Notes under the pieces: generated by a model | Databases searched by the model: none | Seen by the model: the letters and a program-made list of their open reading frames with translations, nothing else | What the model was told of the DNA's origin: nothing | Shown here: positions 47,786 through 58,567 of the stretch, piece after piece | Position numbering within the stretch: position 1 is the stretch's first letter | How the letters are laid out: each line of letters opens with the position of its first letter | DNA from: an uncultured bacterium | Lineage (GTDB): Bacteria; Babelota; Babeliae; Babelales; Vermiphilaceae | DNA length: 64,000 nucleotides | Direction of reading: 5' to 3' | Assembly (NCBI GenBank): GCA_963713925.1 | Contig: OY970212.1 | Coordinates: 640,001 to 704,000 of the forward strand | Translations under genes and position numbers: made by a program

Positions 47786-48427
47786 CTACTCCCTAGCTAC
47801 TCTCTCTAATGCCTCAGCTTCACCGGCACACACCAGCTCATCACCGGGCGTGATAATGTATTCAGGATGCGGCGGCAAAATTTCATCTCGCTGTCTGATT
47901 CCAATGCAGGTGACTTTAAATTCATGTGTCAAATCAAGCTCCTGGATTGATCGGCCCAAAAAGCTTTCCGGGGCATCAATAGGAGTGATTGCAAAATTTT
48001 TAGACAAACGCACCAACTCAGGAAATGGTGAGCTTAAGTTGTCGGCCAGGCGAATACCGATTTCTTTTTCGGGCAAAATGGTGCGATCTGCGCCGATCAA
48101 CTCCAAGACTTCCGCGTGAATATCATCAATGGCGCGGGCGATGACTGTTTTGACATGTAATCTTTTTTTGAGCAATGCTGTTAACAAAATTGATTCTGCA
48201 TAGCTTTCCGCCATGGCGACAATCACAGTATCCTTTTCATCAACACCAATGCTGCGCAAGGCTGCCTCTGTCGTGACTCTGACGCAAATTGCTTGAGTAA
48301 CTTGATCTTTGATTGACCCGACAATTGATTCATCGCTGTCAATTGCCAAGACATCTTTACCATTTTCCGCCAGTCCTGTGGCTACTTGATAACCAAATCG
48401 GCCAAGACCGATAACACAAAATTTCAT
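47786..48427 (-). CDS. trkA: Trk/Ktr potassium uptake NAD-binding subunit
   Basis: VIGLGRFG RCK_N, GAD...PE and RCK_C domain. Confidence 0.92.
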   Translation of the reverse strand: MKFCVIGLGRFGYQVATGLAENGKDVLAIDSDESIVGSIKDQVTQAICVRVTTEAALRSIGVDEKDTVIVAMAESYAESILLTALLKKRLHVKTVIARAIDDIHAEVLELIGADRTILPEKEIGIRLADNLSSPFPELVRLSKNFAITPIDAPESFLGRSIQELDLTHEFKVTCIGIRQRDEILPPHPEYIITPGDELVCAGEAEALERVARE

Positions 48428-48491
48428 GGTGCCTTCCTTATAATATGTAATCTATTAAAAATGCCGCTTTTTTCTCAACAGCAACGATCTA

Positions 48492-49850
48492 TTAGCTGAG
48501 CATTACTCGCTCTTCCGGATAGCTAATTGATTCGGAAGTAACATTTTGCGGCTGATTATTACGTTTACGCAATGCGAGAACCAACGTTAATGAGCCGATT
48601 CTTCCTATAATCATCGTGAAAATAATAAGTATTTTACTCGGCAGAGTTAACAAAAATGTCAGCAATCCGGTAGTGAGTTCTATATTTGCAAAAGCAGAAA
48701 CTGCTTCTGAAACAATGTCTAGAAAATTATCATGAGGTTGTGTTATTGACAGGATAAAAATTGTTGATATCACCAATGAGGTACTTAAAATAAAAATTGT
48801 AATTGCCCTCAGTACTTGATCTTTAGGAATTCTTCTTCCTTTAATATTGATCATCGTCATATTACTGAGAGCTGATTTTATAGTAGTAGCTAGTATAACT
48901 AAGGTGGTAATTTTGATACCACTTCCCGTAGAACCCGGGGCAGCACCTATAAACGAAACTGTCATGAAAAGTAATAGCGTTGATGTATGCAATGCGCTTA
49001 TTGAAACACTGAAAAATCCAGTACTTCTTAAGGCAAATGAATTAAAAAAAGCATTAATAATTTTATCTGGCCAGGACAAATCCGCAAAGGCATGGTTATA
49101 CTCAAGCGCGAGCATGAGAAGTGCTGGGATGACAATCAGAAAAAAAGATCCCATAAATATTATTTTAATTAAAAGTGAAAATCGAAACCGTTTTTTTAAA
49201 AGGAGAGATTTGGTTGCCTTTACTACTTCTATCCAGGTAATAAATCCCGCACCTCCGATAAACATGAGAAGTGCAGTAATAAGTTGAAGGCCGTAATCTG
49301 AATGAATGTGTCGTAAATGATGAGGGCTGAATAATGTGATCCCGGCGTTGCAGAATGAAGAGATGGAATGAAAAATCGAAAAGAAGACAGCATCGTTCAG
49401 TGGATAATACTGCTTAATCGAAAAAAAAATAAAAATTGCCCCGACGAATTCAACAATGAAAGTAATACCCATAATATATATGAGGAATTTTCTCACTTCT
49501 TTCCAGCTTTCAATTTCTAATATTTGGCTCACTAAAATTTGTGTGCCGAATCTCAGGTCAAAAAAGAGATAGAGAAGAAAGAAGGTGAGCGTTATGAGAC
49601 CAACGCCACCAATTTGTATCAAAAAAAGAATAATACAATGTCCAAAATAAGTGAAACTATCAAGGGGAACCGTAAAGATTCCGGTGGCACAGGTGCTGGA
49701 AGTTGCGGTGAAAAATACGTCTATGAGAGCTAAGTCTGTTGTTCGAGCGATTGGCAACGAAAGCAGCAGTGTTCCCGTTACAATAGTGAGAAAGGTGAAT
49801 ATTAGAATTGCTCTTGCCGGAGATAAACGAGCAAAGGAATTACTAATCAT
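48492..49850 (-). CDS. trkH: Trk/Ktr potassium uptake membrane subunit
   Basis: FTATS..C.TG, LIQIGG.G, SSFCNAG, FIGAAPGSTGSGIK and M..GRIG. Confidence 0.92.
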   Translation of the reverse strand: MISNSFARLSPARAILIFTFLTIVTGTLLLSLPIARTTDLALIDVFFTATSSTCATGIFTVPLDSFTYFGHCIILFLIQIGGVGLITLTFFLLYLFFDLRFGTQILVSQILEIESWKEVRKFLIYIMGITFIVEFVGAIFIFFSIKQYYPLNDAVFFSIFHSISSFCNAGITLFSPHHLRHIHSDYGLQLITALLMFIGGAGFITWIEVVKATKSLLLKKRFRFSLLIKIIFMGSFFLIVIPALLMLALEYNHAFADLSWPDKIINAFFNSFALRSTGFFSVSISALHTSTLLLFMTVSFIGAAPGSTGSGIKITTLVILATTIKSALSNMTMINIKGRRIPKDQVLRAITIFILSTSLVISTIFILSITQPHDNFLDIVSEAVSAFANIELTTGLLTFLLTLPSKILIIFTMIIGRIGSLTLVLALRKRNNQPQNVTSESISYPEERVMLS

Positions 49851-49929
49851 AATTACCTCAGTTGGAAAAGTTACGCTTTTAAAACAATCATATACATAGA
49901 TCTATCGCCTGGTGTATAGATTAATATTC

Positions 49930-51264
49930 TTATACGTTTATAGCAGCTTTTAAATATGCTTCAACCTGATCAATTGCAATTCGTTCTTGTTTGAGTGAGT
50001 CTCGAGAGCGAACGGTGACTGAATTGTCATTTTCCGAATCGAAATCATACGTGAAGCAAAATGGTGTTCCGATTTCATCTTGTCTGCGATATCGTTTACC
50101 AATAGAGCCTGTTTCATCAAATTGGATAGAAATCCCGGTTTTTCTGATGGCTTGGTAGATTGTGTTCATCGGTTCCGTTTGTTTTTTAGTCAAAGGGAGG
50201 AATGCTGCTTTAATTGGTGCAATTTTTGGATTCAATTTGAGCATGATACGTGGTTCACCGTCGACCACATCTTCATGGTAGCTGTCAAACAAGAGTGTTA
50301 AAAACAAACGATCAACACCGACCGAACATTCAACGACATCCGGAAGGTAACTTGTTTTTGTTTCTTCATCAAAGACGGCCAAGTCTTTTCCTGAATGCTT
50401 GGTGTGCTGTGACAGGTCAAAGTTTCCTCGGTGTGCGATTCCTTCAAGCTCTTTCCAGCCAAATGGGTAGTGGTATTCAACGTCGAAACAATCAACTGAA
50501 TAGTGTGCGAGCTCATGCTTTTCGTGTGCGCGGAGACGGATTTTGTCTGCGGCGATGCCGATATCAACGAAATACTGTTTGCGAGCTTCGGACCATTTTT
50601 TGAAAAATTCGGGGGCGGTTTCTCGTTTGCAGAAGAACTCTATTTCCATTTGTTCAAATTCTCTCATGCGAAAGAGGAACTGTTTTGGAGTAATTTCATT
50701 GCGGAACGCTTTACCGATCTGCGCGATTCCAAATGGCACCTTGATGCGATTGGTCGAGAGCACGTTTTTAAAGTTAACAAAAATGGCTTGCGCTGTTTCA
50801 GGACGTAAATAGGCGATAGAGCTTTGATCGGAGGTTGCGCCAAGATTGGTTTGGAACATCATGTTAAACTGACGCACTTGCGTCCATGCTGTTTTGCCAC
50901 AATGAGGGCATGCTTTTGCAAGGTCAATATCATCGGCACGATAGCGGTGTTTGCAGTTTAAGCAGTCAACCATTGGGTCGCTAAAATGTTCAACGTGTCC
51001 TGAAGCTTGCCAGACTTGTTGCGCGCCAAGCAAGGCACCATCAAGAAAAAGGATGTCTTCATAGGTGTTCATAATTGAACGTTTCCACGTTTCTTTGATA
51101 TTTTGGCGCATAAGATACCCAAGATGTCCAAAATCGTAAACTCCATTGAGTCCGCCGTAAATTTCAGCTGATTGATAGGCAAATCCGCGACGCTTGGCCA
51201 ATGCGACGATTTTTTCAAGAGTAACAGGGGTATTCATGAGTTTTATATGCTCCAAAATGATCAT
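49930..51264 (-). CDS. glyQS: Glycine--tRNA ligase (alpha2 homodimer type)
   Basis: EIYGG, YLRPETAQ, GKAFRNEI, FRMREFEQME and SIGKRYRRQDEIGTP. Confidence 0.96.
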   Translation of the reverse strand: MIILEHIKLMNTPVTLEKIVALAKRRGFAYQSAEIYGGLNGVYDFGHLGYLMRQNIKETWKRSIMNTYEDILFLDGALLGAQQVWQASGHVEHFSDPMVDCLNCKHRYRADDIDLAKACPHCGKTAWTQVRQFNMMFQTNLGATSDQSSIAYLRPETAQAIFVNFKNVLSTNRIKVPFGIAQIGKAFRNEITPKQFLFRMREFEQMEIEFFCKRETAPEFFKKWSEARKQYFVDIGIAADKIRLRAHEKHELAHYSVDCFDVEYHYPFGWKELEGIAHRGNFDLSQHTKHSGKDLAVFDEETKTSYLPDVVECSVGVDRLFLTLLFDSYHEDVVDGEPRIMLKLNPKIAPIKAAFLPLTKKQTEPMNTIYQAIRKTGISIQFDETGSIGKRYRRQDEIGTPFCFTYDFDSENDNSVTVRSRDSLKQERIAIDQVEAYLKAAINV

Positions 51265-51316
51265 AATGTAATGCTATTTAGAGTACTGGTGAATCAAATT
51301 TTTGGCAAACGAAGAC

Positions 51317-51350
51317 AAAAAGAGGCCGCATGTTTATGAGGCCTCTTTTT
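51317..51350. terminator. Hairpin terminator
   Basis: AAAAAGAGGCC...GGCCTCTTTTT. Confidence 0.6.
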
Positions 51351-51366
51351 GGATGATTTGTTATTT

Positions 51367-52488
51367 TTAAAGAATAGGATCTTCTTTCGCATTTACTAGT
51401 ACATCTTTTGCATACGGATTTGTTGGCGCCGCGGCGGATGCTGGGGAGGTTGGGACACGAGCAGTTGAGTTTTGCTTGTTTCTTCTGAATTGGGTTTGTC
51501 GCTCTCGGGCGTTATTTTTTATTTTATCTAAGGCCGGAGTAAGCGCTTTTTTGGAAAATGCAGTCGTTTGTTCTATGTTGATTCTGAGTTTGGCAAGTTC
51601 TGGGTGAACCTGTTCATCTGCCATCTGCGTTTCATACCGAGCGGCTATCTCAGTCTCACCGTTTCCGATGAGAGTTGTAGTCATGAGATTAATATTTCTC
51701 TGGGCATATTCTGAATCTCGCTCTGTAATAGCTTTTTTACCTTTGCTCGTGCGGATGAATTTTCCGGGCGTATTTGTAACACCGAACACTGGAATAAGAA
51801 ATTCTTCATATTTCAATTTAAGATATTTGATCCTGTCTGGGAGATATTGCCTTACCGTTTTGCCCACGGCTGCACCTTGCTCGCCGGCGTATTTCAAATT
51901 CAGCACGCTTTCAATGGGAAAGTCTTTTTTTGCAGATTCAGGATTGAATTTGAATTTATTAAGTGTCATGCGGTTAACAAACTTGTTCCATGCTTTGGCA
52001 GTTTCTTCCGCTCTTAGGTTGCCTTCTTGTTCTGTTCGATACTTCCAGAAATTTTGTTCTTTTTCTTTTTGCTTGTCAGATTTGTTTGTTTCAAGCTTTT
52101 CGTTTGCTTGATCTGGATCTTCAATGTTCCAAACATTCTTCCATGCTGTGGCAGTTTCTTCCGCTCGGCGGTTCCCATTTTCACGGTTTGGGTATTTCCA
52201 GAAGCCTTTGCTTTCTTCTCTGTCGGCTTGTTTAGGAGGTCTATTACCATGGTTGAGCACTTCTACTTGTGAAAGGTTTAATGCGTCATCAGCCGGATTG
52301 ATGAAAAGGCTTCTGAGAGTCTCTTCTTCTGTTTGATAATCTTGCACGTGCCTTGACGCCAAAGGTTGTTTAGCGTTGCGAAATAATGCTACAAAATGCA
52401 TTGCTTTTGCTTTTACCCATTCCATTGAATATGCATTCTGAGTCATAAGGCCGACCAGCAAAACAATGATTATGCTCTTTTTATTCAT
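51367..52488 (-). CDS. Secreted hypothetical protein with an internal repeat
   Basis: Signal peptide; FWKY....GN.RAEETA.AW occurs twice. Confidence 0.7.
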   Translation of the reverse strand: MNKKSIIIVLLVGLMTQNAYSMEWVKAKAMHFVALFRNAKQPLASRHVQDYQTEEETLRSLFINPADDALNLSQVEVLNHGNRPPKQADREESKGFWKYPNRENGNRRAEETATAWKNVWNIEDPDQANEKLETNKSDKQKEKEQNFWKYRTEQEGNLRAEETAKAWNKFVNRMTLNKFKFNPESAKKDFPIESVLNLKYAGEQGAAVGKTVRQYLPDRIKYLKLKYEEFLIPVFGVTNTPGKFIRTSKGKKAITERDSEYAQRNINLMTTTLIGNGETEIAARYETQMADEQVHPELAKLRINIEQTTAFSKKALTPALDKIKNNARERQTQFRRNKQNSTARVPTSPASAAAPTNPYAKDVLVNAKEDPIL

Positions 52489-52512
52489 AAAAACCTCTCT
52501 TACGTGGTTTAT

Positions 52513-53388
52513 TTACATCTGTTTTTTCAATGCTTCATACCGTTCTTTCATTCTATCAATTTTTCTACCGAGGGTCTTAAGATTCGGATTGACAGACTCA
52601 AGCATTTCTCTCGTTCGATATTTCTGATAGGTGAAATCTTGTGGATCATTCTTTTTTTTCAGTTCTTCTCCCGTTTCAGAGTCAACAAAAGAGAAGCTTG
52701 AGCTCACATTAAATGCAATATCGTTTTCAATTTTTGTCTCAGGTTTGCCGGGCACTAGATATGCACCCTTCAATGATGTGCCGTGCGCTTTTTTGTAATA
52801 CTTTTGTTCTGCCGCATTTATTCTTTGCGCGAGCCTAGGAGTTACATTTTTTAGCGTTGCACGCATCACACCCGAGATGTCGTCTTTTGGTTCAATGGGC
52901 AGCTGTTCGGGGAAGAGCGGTTTTGGCTCGATTATAGTAGTTGGTAATTGTGCAAGATTAATCCTAGTCACTGGCTCTTTTGGTTTGATTGATTTTCTAT
53001 TTAATTGACGGTTTGACGTTGTCTCTGTAAAAATAAATTTTTTCTGCAAATGTGTGAACCGACGAAAATCCGCAGGGGCCATGCGGATAAAATATCCTAT
53101 GTTGCTCTGGCGGTTTTGCTTTTTGATTGTCGGCTCAGATATGGTCGAGGTTGGTTCCGGTTGGGGCTGCTTGGGTGCGTCTTGAATATCTATTCTATTG
53201 GCGTTTTGGCTGTCTGCCCTTAAAAATAGGTTTTTAATCTTTGCAACAAGCATGCTCACATGCTGCTTGGTCAATTGCACATAGGCATCCAAAGACGGCG
53301 GTTCCTGAGCAACATACCCATCATGGGCATACCCGCAGGCAATTGTTGCATTGAGCAATAGAAGGAGGAAAAAATACGTATTCTTCAT
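52513..53388 (-). CDS. Secreted hypothetical protein
   Basis: Signal peptide, 291 aa. Confidence 0.65.
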   Translation of the reverse strand: MKNTYFFLLLLLNATIACGYAHDGYVAQEPPSLDAYVQLTKQHVSMLVAKIKNLFLRADSQNANRIDIQDAPKQPQPEPTSTISEPTIKKQNRQSNIGYFIRMAPADFRRFTHLQKKFIFTETTSNRQLNRKSIKPKEPVTRINLAQLPTTIIEPKPLFPEQLPIEPKDDISGVMRATLKNVTPRLAQRINAAEQKYYKKAHGTSLKGAYLVPGKPETKIENDIAFNVSSSFSFVDSETGEELKKKNDPQDFTYQKYRTREMLESVNPNLKTLGRKIDRMKERYEALKKQM

Positions 53389-53546
53389 GCTTTTTAGATT
53401 GCCTTAAAATATCCTATTTGTCAAGTTGATTTCGGGAGGTATTTCTGTATTCTCATTTGCCTGACTTTGCAGTAGGATTGAGTTTCGTAAACATATTTCT
53501 TTAGACCCATAGTGCCAATTTCAGGCCTATAAAAAAGGGCATTGTT

Positions 53547-55223
53547 ATGATGTATGAACAACGATCTCGCTTCTCATTTGCAACTCTCCTGACGCTCGTG
53601 TGTATGGCCGGCGGGGGATATTTCTACTATGGCTTGCGCCAAGATCAGCAACAAATGCGGGCAATGCTTGCTCAACGGGCTGCCTACGAGGCTGATCTAC
53701 AGAAACATATTGCCGTCCAGGAAGCTGAACCCGAGAGAGTGGTGGTCAAAGGCGACGCTTGGAGAAATATTCAAGATAATGTGAAAAACACCGTTGTGCA
53801 GGTCTTTGCGCAAATTTCTGAGATTGATATTTTACAGCCCTATAAAGCTCCGCATCAATATGGTGCGTGCGGAAGCGCGTTCTTTATCAATGAACAGGGA
53901 GATATGATCACTAATGCCCATGTGGTCAATCAAGCTCTTTCCATTTGGGTGCAAATTCCCTGCCTTGGCAAACGCATCCTTGATGTAGAGCTTGTGGGCG
54001 TGAGCGAGCGAGATATCGCGCTTTTGCGTCTCAAGCCTGAAGGGTTAGCGCTCGTGCGGAAAGAATTGGGTTCAATTCCTTGTCTATCCCTCGGCAATTC
54101 AGATTCCATTCGACGTGCTGACGAGGCTATGGCGCTCGGCTACCCTCTCGGTCAACAATCACTCAAGAGCACGACAGGTGTAATTAGTGGAAAAGAACAA
54201 GGAATGGTGCAAATGAGCGCCGCGATCAATCCAGGCAGCTCCGGTGGGCCATTGCTCAACACAAAAGGAGAAGTGATCGGTATTAACACCTCAGGCATTA
54301 TGGAAGCAAACAATGTGGGTTATGCATTGCCAATTAATGATTTGAAAGTGGTGTTATCTGATTTGTATACTAATAAATTGTTGCGTAAGCCATTTTTGGG
54401 AGTTTACTACAATAATGGAACCGAAGCATTGACTGAATATCTGGGTAATCCGCAGCCAGGCGGTTGTTATGTGGTCGATGTTGTTAAAAACAGTGCGTTA
54501 GCAAAAGCGGGCGTGCAACGAGCAGACATGATTTATGAGATTAACGGTCACAAGCTTGATATTTTCGGCGATATGAATGTGCCGTGGTCTGAAGATAAAA
54601 TGTCATTAATTGAATACACCGCGCGACTTGCAAAAGGACAAGACATACATTTAGTGATTTATCGCAACGGGCACAGAAAAGATATTCAGCTCACATTGAA
54701 TCAGTCTGAATTGCCTGCAATTCGCAAAATGTATCCCGGTTTTGAAGAAATTGATTATGAAATTTTCGCCGGCATGGTGGTTATGCCGCTTTCACTGAAT
54801 CATATTCAGGCATTGATGAATGTGGCGCCCGGTCTGACACGCTATGCCGAAACAAAATCGCAAGGCGAGCAAGCACTGGTCGTGACCCATATGTTCCCCG
54901 GCTCCCAAATTCAAAGAAGCCGAGCTATGTTGGTCGGATCCGTGTTGCATGAAGTCAACGGTGTCTCGGTGAGCACGCTTGATGAATTGCGCTCAGTACT
55001 AAAAAAGACAGCAGATAATCCATTCCTCACGCTCAAGGCGGTAGACAATGTTACTCGATCAACGGACAATCTCTTTGTTGTGTTGACCTCAGACAAGGTG
55101 CTCAGTGAAGAGCGCATGCTCGCGCGCGATTGCAGATTCCCGATAACGCCAGCAATGCAAGCCGCACTCGCGGATTATGATCAGAAAAAAGGCACGATCA
55201 AAAAATCGAGCATTACGGCGTAA
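53547..55223 (+). CDS. Trypsin-like (HtrA/DegP) serine protease with PDZ domains
   Basis: TNAHVV, DIALL, AINPGSSGGPL triad motifs; N-terminal TM. Confidence 0.9.
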   Translation: MMYEQRSRFSFATLLTLVCMAGGGYFYYGLRQDQQQMRAMLAQRAAYEADLQKHIAVQEAEPERVVVKGDAWRNIQDNVKNTVVQVFAQISEIDILQPYKAPHQYGACGSAFFINEQGDMITNAHVVNQALSIWVQIPCLGKRILDVELVGVSERDIALLRLKPEGLALVRKELGSIPCLSLGNSDSIRRADEAMALGYPLGQQSLKSTTGVISGKEQGMVQMSAAINPGSSGGPLLNTKGEVIGINTSGIMEANNVGYALPINDLKVVLSDLYTNKLLRKPFLGVYYNNGTEALTEYLGNPQPGGCYVVDVVKNSALAKAGVQRADMIYEINGHKLDIFGDMNVPWSEDKMSLIEYTARLAKGQDIHLVIYRNGHRKDIQLTLNQSELPAIRKMYPGFEEIDYEIFAGMVVMPLSLNHIQALMNVAPGLTRYAETKSQGEQALVVTHMFPGSQIQRSRAMLVGSVLHEVNGVSVSTLDELRSVLKKTADNPFLTLKAVDNVTRSTDNLFVVLTSDKVLSEERMLARDCRFPITPAMQAALADYDQKKGTIKKSSITA

Positions 55224-55231
55224 ATTACAAT

Positions 55232-55257
55232 GAAACCCCCTTGGCTTCAAGGGGGTT
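55232..55257. terminator. Hairpin between convergent genes
   Basis: AACCCCCTTG-GCTT-CAAGGGGGTT. Confidence 0.65.
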
Positions 55258-55289
55258 AGCTCTTTCGTTTCCGATCTCAGATTAAAAAA

Positions 55290-56957
55290 TTAACGAGGTG
55301 GCGTGATTGGATTGATAACTTTGTCAACATAGGTGCGAATTGTCGGTGCCATGTGCTGTGAGGTAATATATTTCTTGAGAGCTTCCTTTTGTTCTTGTGT
55401 TTTTCCGCCATAGAGGAGTGCGGACAAACCAAGATTGATTTCCAACGGAAGGAATATTTGTTTGTTTGAAATATCCCATATGTTTCCGAAATTATTTGCG
55501 AGCAAATTTCCATGAATGCATAAGCGTTGAGGCATATTTTGAGCGGCTGATCCCGCAAGAGTCATCAAAAAACGTGCGTCATCTATTTTGTTAATAGTAA
55601 TCGTATTATCTCCGGAGTTGATGGCAAATATATTATCGTCGCTCAGCGAAGTAACTATGTGGGAAGCATTATCCGTATCAATTTTGCGCAGTAACTGCTT
55701 ATTTTGGAAATCCCAAATGATGAATTGATTTTTGTTATCCGGAAATCTGTTTTTCCAGAGCAGATATTTTCCGCTTACTGAAAAACTAATTTCGGTAACG
55801 TGAGTTGTATCAGGAGTTTTGATGGGAGCGATTTTTTCAGGCGGCAATGGATCGAATTTAAAGAGTTCAATGTCACCACCCCGATCCTTAAAAATAGGGT
55901 GGGTTAATGCAAATAGACGACTATCCACAGATAAACACGCCGCCAAGGTTTGTTCTTCTGGATAAGTATCTGGAGAAAAGTAACCCATGTTTTGAACAGG
56001 ATTGTTCTGAACTAGATGAGCGCACCCATTATCATATTGAATGAAGAAATATTTATTTGAAGCGGTTGTGAATTCGATTTTTTTCGGGGGTAGTAGTTCT
56101 ATTCCGGCCGAATTAAATTTTTTGAAAATAGGAGATAGTGATACGCAGCTATTATGAGCGGAACATATTTGAGATCTATTTCTAAATGGATAATAAAGAT
56201 GCGCGGTTGGAAGATTGACTCGAGCAGGCTGAAGATTAAGATTATTTATAATAAAATAGCTTCCATTTGGGCAGACTGCGTCGGGAGCTTTTCCTTGCCA
56301 AGTATCTTGTTTGTCTATCAATCCTCGTGTACTCAGATCAAATTTGCGTATTTCATTTTTGGAGAAAAAGAGAAGAAATTCACCATCATCGGAAAAGGTC
56401 ACTTGAGTCGTCGCATTATCGCGCAAAGCAAGGGTCGATGGACTCAAATAACTGATGGGGAAAGATTCAGTCAACTCATGGGAAAGTGCGTCTTTGATGT
56501 CATGGGGAATCTCCAATGAATTCAAATACTCTTCGGGAATTTCAGAAAAAAATTCGGACGTTGAAATCAACTCTTTGATTCGACGCGCGAGCCTGTGAAG
56601 CAATTTGGGAATTCCTAAATAATTGGCACCTCGAAAGAGCAGGATGCCTTCATCAAGCGGGGTATCCAAAGAAGATGTGGCAGGAAGTTGCGCCAGCCGT
56701 AATAATTTTTTAAATCGTTTTTCTGTTATGTTCGATTTATCCGAAGGAAAATCGCTAAATTGGTATTTGTTTGATGTAACCGGATTGATATCAAAATGAA
56801 ATTTTAAAAATTGGATGTTTTCGAGCAAATCGCGATCATATGTGGCAAGTGATCCATCTCCGAATTGAATAGTATATGATGAAGGAGGAGTCTCCGGTTT
56901 GTCGGCGGCATATACACTATTGAGCGCAATGCAGATAATGAATGAAATATTTTTCAT
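55290..56957 (-). CDS. Secreted BTB/Skp1-like + degenerate WD40 protein
   Basis: VYAAD signal, LFRGANYLGIPKL, VTFSDDGEFL and ISFSVSGKYL. Confidence 0.78.
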   Translation of the reverse strand: MKNISFIICIALNSVYAADKPETPPSSYTIQFGDGSLATYDRDLLENIQFLKFHFDINPVTSNKYQFSDFPSDKSNITEKRFKKLLRLAQLPATSSLDTPLDEGILLFRGANYLGIPKLLHRLARRIKELISTSEFFSEIPEEYLNSLEIPHDIKDALSHELTESFPISYLSPSTLALRDNATTQVTFSDDGEFLLFFSKNEIRKFDLSTRGLIDKQDTWQGKAPDAVCPNGSYFIINNLNLQPARVNLPTAHLYYPFRNRSQICSAHNSCVSLSPIFKKFNSAGIELLPPKKIEFTTASNKYFFIQYDNGCAHLVQNNPVQNMGYFSPDTYPEEQTLAACLSVDSRLFALTHPIFKDRGGDIELFKFDPLPPEKIAPIKTPDTTHVTEISFSVSGKYLLWKNRFPDNKNQFIIWDFQNKQLLRKIDTDNASHIVTSLSDDNIFAINSGDNTITINKIDDARFLMTLAGSAAQNMPQRLCIHGNLLANNFGNIWDISNKQIFLPLEINLGLSALLYGGKTQEQKEALKKYITSQHMAPTIRTYVDKVINPITPPR

Positions 56958-57133
56958 TATGATACCTGTAGTTTTTAAAATGAGGAAAGTTGATTTTTGT
57001 AATATATAATAATTGAATTTATTCAAAAAAGTCTAGCGTTATCACATAAAAGCAATTTAAACTTTCACGTATCTATTCTATTGACAGCTTCCGGATTTTC
57101 AGAGGCTGTTTTGTTATTTCGGGAGAGTTTTTA

Positions 57134-58561
57134 ATGAAGCGAGCGCATAAAGGTTCTTATCAAGTCACTGCCGAAGATGCTGTGGTGCATCTGTATGTCT
57201 ATTGCGCAAAATTTAATTGGGCTGAGCCGTATAAAATTCGTGAACAGACGCAATCGATGGGAACCGGATTTTTTATTGATCAAGAAGGACATATCGTCAC
57301 CACGGCACATGTGGTCTTGGAAGCGTGGCGAATTGAAGTGCGGCTGCCTTCAATGGGACATGCGCCTTTGTATGCCGAGCTTGTTGGCATTTCGCCTGAG
57401 CGAGATTTGGCTCTTTTAAAACTCGTTGAGCAAGATCGTAAAAAAGTGATTGATTTGTGTGGGTTGATTCCAACGCTCCCGCTGGGTGATTCGGATCATG
57501 TTGAGCGCAGTGAACCGGTACTCGTGTTGGGCTATCCACTAGGACAATACAATTTAAAAGGCTCAACGGGAATTGTCAGCGGTCGTGAACCGATTTTGTG
57601 GCAAACAGTGTTGCAAATCACCGCTCCGGTCAATCCGGGAAATTCTGGTGCTCCGGTAATCAATCAAAAAGGAGAAGTGATTGGCATCACGCAGGCGGTC
57701 ACTCCCCAGGCAGCCAATATGGGATATGCAATTCCTTCAAATGATTTTCGTTTGATTGCTGCACAATTGAATGCAGATCACGCGCTCGTACGGCTACCCA
57801 ATCTGGGGCTTATGTATGCTGTCACCACGGATCAAGAGGCTCATTATTTGGGAAATCCCGTTCCCGGTGGATTATATGTGTGTGATGTTATTCCTGATTC
57901 GATCTCCGCTCGAGCTGGTGTGCAAGAGGGCGATATGATCTATGAGATGAGCGGATTTTCGATTGATAGTTACGGATCGGTTGCGGTGAGCTGGGCGAAG
58001 GAGCGGGTCACTATTTTAGATTTACTAGTTCGATTGGCGCATGTAAAGAAGAATAGTATCGTTGTCTATCGAAAAGGAAGTAAGCTTGTCATGCCATTTT
58101 CATTTGATGAAGAGGTTGCATTACCCATTCGGCAGGTGTATCCCGATTATGAATCGGTTGATTATGAGATCGTTGCCGGCATGGTGCTTATGGAATTGAC
58201 TGAGAATCATGTGGAGCTTCTTGCCGAACAAAATCCGGCATTGGCTTGTTATGAGCGAGCACAAGAACGCCATAAGCAGCGAGTGGTCATTAGTTACGTG
58301 ATTCCCGTTTCAATGGCTGACGATCGAGAAAGTTTTGCGCCTGGGCATGTTATTGCTTCTCTCAATGACAAAGCGATAAAGACGATTGCTGATGTAAGAA
58401 AAGCGCTTATGCTTAGCCTTGAAACCGGCGTTGTCACCTGCAAGACACAAGAGCATATCTTTGGTGCATTCCCATTACAACAGATGCTTGAGCAAGCTGA
58501 AAGGTTTCATAAAGAATTTTCATACCCAATCACGCCGGCAATCAGAAAGTTAATGAAGTAA
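57134..58561 (+). CDS. Trypsin-like serine protease with PDZ; paralog of 53547-55223
   Basis: TTAHVV, DLALL and VNPGNSGAP. Confidence 0.9.
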   Translation: MKRAHKGSYQVTAEDAVVHLYVYCAKFNWAEPYKIREQTQSMGTGFFIDQEGHIVTTAHVVLEAWRIEVRLPSMGHAPLYAELVGISPERDLALLKLVEQDRKKVIDLCGLIPTLPLGDSDHVERSEPVLVLGYPLGQYNLKGSTGIVSGREPILWQTVLQITAPVNPGNSGAPVINQKGEVIGITQAVTPQAANMGYAIPSNDFRLIAAQLNADHALVRLPNLGLMYAVTTDQEAHYLGNPVPGGLYVCDVIPDSISARAGVQEGDMIYEMSGFSIDSYGSVAVSWAKERVTILDLLVRLAHVKKNSIVVYRKGSKLVMPFSFDEEVALPIRQVYPDYESVDYEIVAGMVLMELTENHVELLAEQNPALACYERAQERHKQRVVISYVIPVSMADDRESFAPGHVIASLNDKAIKTIADVRKALMLSLETGVVTCKTQEHIFGAFPLQQMLEQAERFHKEFSYPITPAIRKLMK

Positions 58562-58567
58562 GCGATG

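Noticed and set aside
43739..48427. Integrase-type genomic island with attL/attR
   Set aside because: No integrase is present, and the repeat differs mostly at synonymous sites, unlike an att core duplication.
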